Part shown: one piece after another, positions 62,756 to 64,000 of the stretch
How positions within the stretch are numbered: the first letter of the stretch is position 1
Layout of the letters: every line of letters starts with the position of its first letter
Source: a bacterium
GTDB lineage: Bacteria; B130-G9
Assembly (NCBI GenBank): GCA_035527515.1
Contig: DATLAJ010000114.1
Coordinates: 7,994 to 71,993 of the forward strand
Direction of reading: 5' to 3'
Length of the DNA: 64,000 nt
Position numbers and translations under genes: made by a program
The notes under the pieces: model-generated
Databases searched by the model: none
What the model was told of the DNA's origin: nothing
Seen by the model: the letters and a program-made list of their open reading frames with translations, nothing else

Positions 62756-64000
62756 ATGACGCCTGAGCCCAATGGTCCTCGGTCAGGGATGCGAAAGGCC
62801 TCTTTGCCGGATTCAACCAAAACCGGAATTGTGCTCGACGGCACCTCCGACTGGCATCAGAAGCTGTATGCCATGCTGCTGGATACGATACCGTCCTCGG
62901 TTCTGATGATCGATCAGAACATGCGTGTCGTGCTTGCCAATCGGAACTTTCTGAAGAAGAGCCGGCGGTCGGTATCCGACACCATCGGTTTCCCGCTGCA
63001 GAATATCTTTCCCGCCGTGATTATCGAGAAGATGGATATCATAGGCCAGATTCGCCAGGTCTTCCGTTCGAGCCAGCCCACCAAAGGGCAGCGGATGTTC
63101 TTTCGATCTCCGGGCGTTTCGATGCGGACTTACTATTACCGTATCGTCCCGTTTGAGTGGCAGGGAAACGTTGAGAATGTAATGCTCTTAATGGATGATG
63201 TAACCGAACAGATCCAATTGAGCGATGAGATTCAACGCGTTCAACGCCATCTGGCGAGTATCTTCGACAGCGCCAGTGACATTATGTTGTCCACTGACAC
63301 CGGCGGAAGGATCCTGTCTTGGAATCCGGCCGCGGAGAGAATCTCCGGGTACAGTTTCACTGAAGTAAAGAACCAGTTTTTTTACAAGTTATGCGCCAAG
63401 GATCATCAGGAGAACGTGAGGAGGATATTCTCCGCGATGAGAACTCGGAGGGATTCGGTCACCGCGGAGTGGAACCTCGTCACGAAAAAGGGGCTCGATA
63501 TCTATGTTTCCTGGGTTTGTTCGCCGATGAAAGACCAACAGTTGGAGACAGCCGGAGTTGTGGTCGTGGGCAGAGATCATACCGAGCACCGCAGAATGGA
63601 AATGCAGCTTCGCCAGTCGCAGAAATTTGCCGCACTGGGCGTGATGGCCGGTGGGATCGCCCATGAGATTCGAAACCCGTTGGCGATCTGTTCTTCGGCC
63701 GCCCAATTCATCTTGGCGGATGACACCTCCCCGGATTTCCGCATCGAATGCGCCAGAAAGATCCACGTGGGGATTGAGAGGGCATCCATTGTTATCGAGA
63801 ATCTGTTAAAATTCGCGCGGCCTTCGGATGGATCGGAAAGGGAGAAGGTCAACCTTCTTGGTATCATCAAAGAGACCATTGCGCTAATTTCCAATCAGAT
63901 CAACATCCAAAAAATCAAGCTCAAATCAGATTTCCCAGCGCAACCGGTATTCATCAACGGCAGTGCCGGTCTGTTGCAGCAGGGGTTCATCAACCTTTTT
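62756..64000 (+). CDS. PAS-domain sensor histidine kinase (3' end beyond window)
   Basis: ATG 62756 opens an ORF that runs to the window edge without a stop. Two PAS-like regions and the HisKA H-box GGIAHEIRNPLA near 63655. It is not in the supplied track because it is truncated. Confidence 0.7.
   Translation, partial: MTPEPNGPRSGMRKASLPDSTKTGIVLDGTSDWHQKLYAMLLDTIPSSVLMIDQNMRVVLANRNFLKKSRRSVSDTIGFPLQNIFPAVIIEKMDIIGQIRQVFRSSQPTKGQRMFFRSPGVSMRTYYYRIVPFEWQGNVENVMLLMDDVTEQIQLSDEIQRVQRHLASIFDSASDIMLSTDTGGRILSWNPAAERISGYSFTEVKNQFFYKLCAKDHQENVRRIFSAMRTRRDSVTAEWNLVTKKGLDIYVSWVCSPMKDQQLETAGVVVVGRDHTEHRRMEMQLRQSQKFAALGVMAGGIAHEIRNPLAICSSAAQFILADDTSPDFRIECARKIHVGIERASIVIENLLKFARPSDGSEREKVNLLGIIKETIALISNQINIQKIKLKSDFPAQPVFINGSAGLLQQGFINLF

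Overview
High-GC (~60%) bacterial window, probably from an uncultivated lineage, dominated by cell-envelope and surface functions. It carries about 47 supportable protein-coding genes plus several repeat families and three promoter-like motifs. I found no rRNA, tRNA or CRISPR.

Gene content:
- Paralogous secreted right-handed beta-helix proteins (1096-3129, 41190-47840 at 2216 aa, 47876-49924) share an N-terminal module and a recurring ~115-aa accessory domain.
- A sugar-nucleotide/glycosylation neighbourhood holds WecA-like GT4, dTDP-glucose 4,6-dehydratase, dTDP-4-dehydrorhamnose 3,5-epimerase, two GT2, two GT-C membrane transferases (one fused to an SGNH hydrolase), AsnB and a carbamoyltransferase. 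Phosphate acetyltransferase sits inside it.
- A radical SAM/SPASM, GT-C and Zn-ribbon methyltransferase operon lies beside a repeat-rich non-coding region.
- Also present: a 1074-aa clostripain-like C11 peptidase, SppA, a 5'-nucleotidase, an AzgA-like permease, Nth, Nfo, a B12-binding radical SAM, and a VapBC module flanked by decayed remnants (ADP-ribosylglycohydrolase fragment, nucleotidyltransferase fragment).

Most notable is the 3' end. A sigma54-type promoter (TGGCAC-N5-TTGC) is followed by an unknown gene, an NtrC-family activator, an Hsp20, a two-ring CDC48/VAT AAA+ ATPase and two GvpL/GvpF-family paralogs, with PAS histidine kinases on both sides. This is a gas-vesicle-type accessory/regulatory operon in which a Cdc48 segregase occupies the slot.

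Other structural highlights:
- A ~147-bp internally palindromic element occurs as an inverted pair flanking 8 kb.
- A two-hairpin repeat family has a tandem array.
- A 68-bp element is conserved upstream of two promoters.
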